A stretch of DNA of 64,000 bases, taken from positions 930,001 through 994,000 of the forward strand of contig CM120647.1 in the NCBI GenBank assembly GCA_051362555.1, in the 5' to 3' direction. A program made the translations under genes and the position numbers. Positions 63,843 through 64,000 of the stretch are shown here, one piece after another; the stretch's first letter is position 1; the number at the start of each line of letters is the position of its first letter. The stretch is from Lingula anatina (taxonomy: Eukaryota; Animalia; Brachiopoda). The notes below the pieces were generated by a model. The model saw only the letters and a list, made by a program, of their open reading frames with translations. It had not been told where the DNA came from and ran no database searches.

Positions 63843-64000
63843 TTTGTTGCTTGGTCTGCAATCAAAAACAAACACTGGATGTGTCTTAAACGGCTCTCAA
63901 ATTCTGCCGTGCATTCTAGATATATTGGAATACAGAACTATATTAAAAGTGTAAATTACAATAAGAGGCAGGCATGATTTTTTTTTGACTGTATTAGGAT

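Overview
AT-rich, intron-containing animal DNA. The repeat content suggests a mollusc or other lophotrochozoan, but that is inference. Genes from left to right: (1) the 5' end of a minus-strand CYP3-clan cytochrome P450; (2) head-to-head with it, a complete plus-strand CYP3-clan P450 with 13 coding exons (9291-17794, ~543 aa); (3) two intact intronless class A GPCR genes and a third 3' fragment; (4) a complete minus-strand NSMCE2/MMS21 SUMO ligase (63842-61041, ~242 aa). The interval 16.5-61.6 kb is a tandem triplication of the block [CYP 3' end - GPCR - NSMCE2 3' end]. The most unusual signal is that four exon/intron boundaries (CYP coding exons 8, 9 and 11, NSMCE2 coding exon 4) carry minisatellites built from the exon end plus its 5' splice site. 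Two of these arrays mark the duplication breakpoints, joined through a 38-nt patch copied from the CYP intron upstream of the ATG exon. The rest is RTEX-like LINE remnants, an Academ-like TIR element, Kolobok-like and PIF-like MITEs (some nested), a tRNA SINE, a decayed transposase in a ~3.1-kb tandem repeat, and microsatellites. All gene models and alignments were read by eye and no database searches were run.
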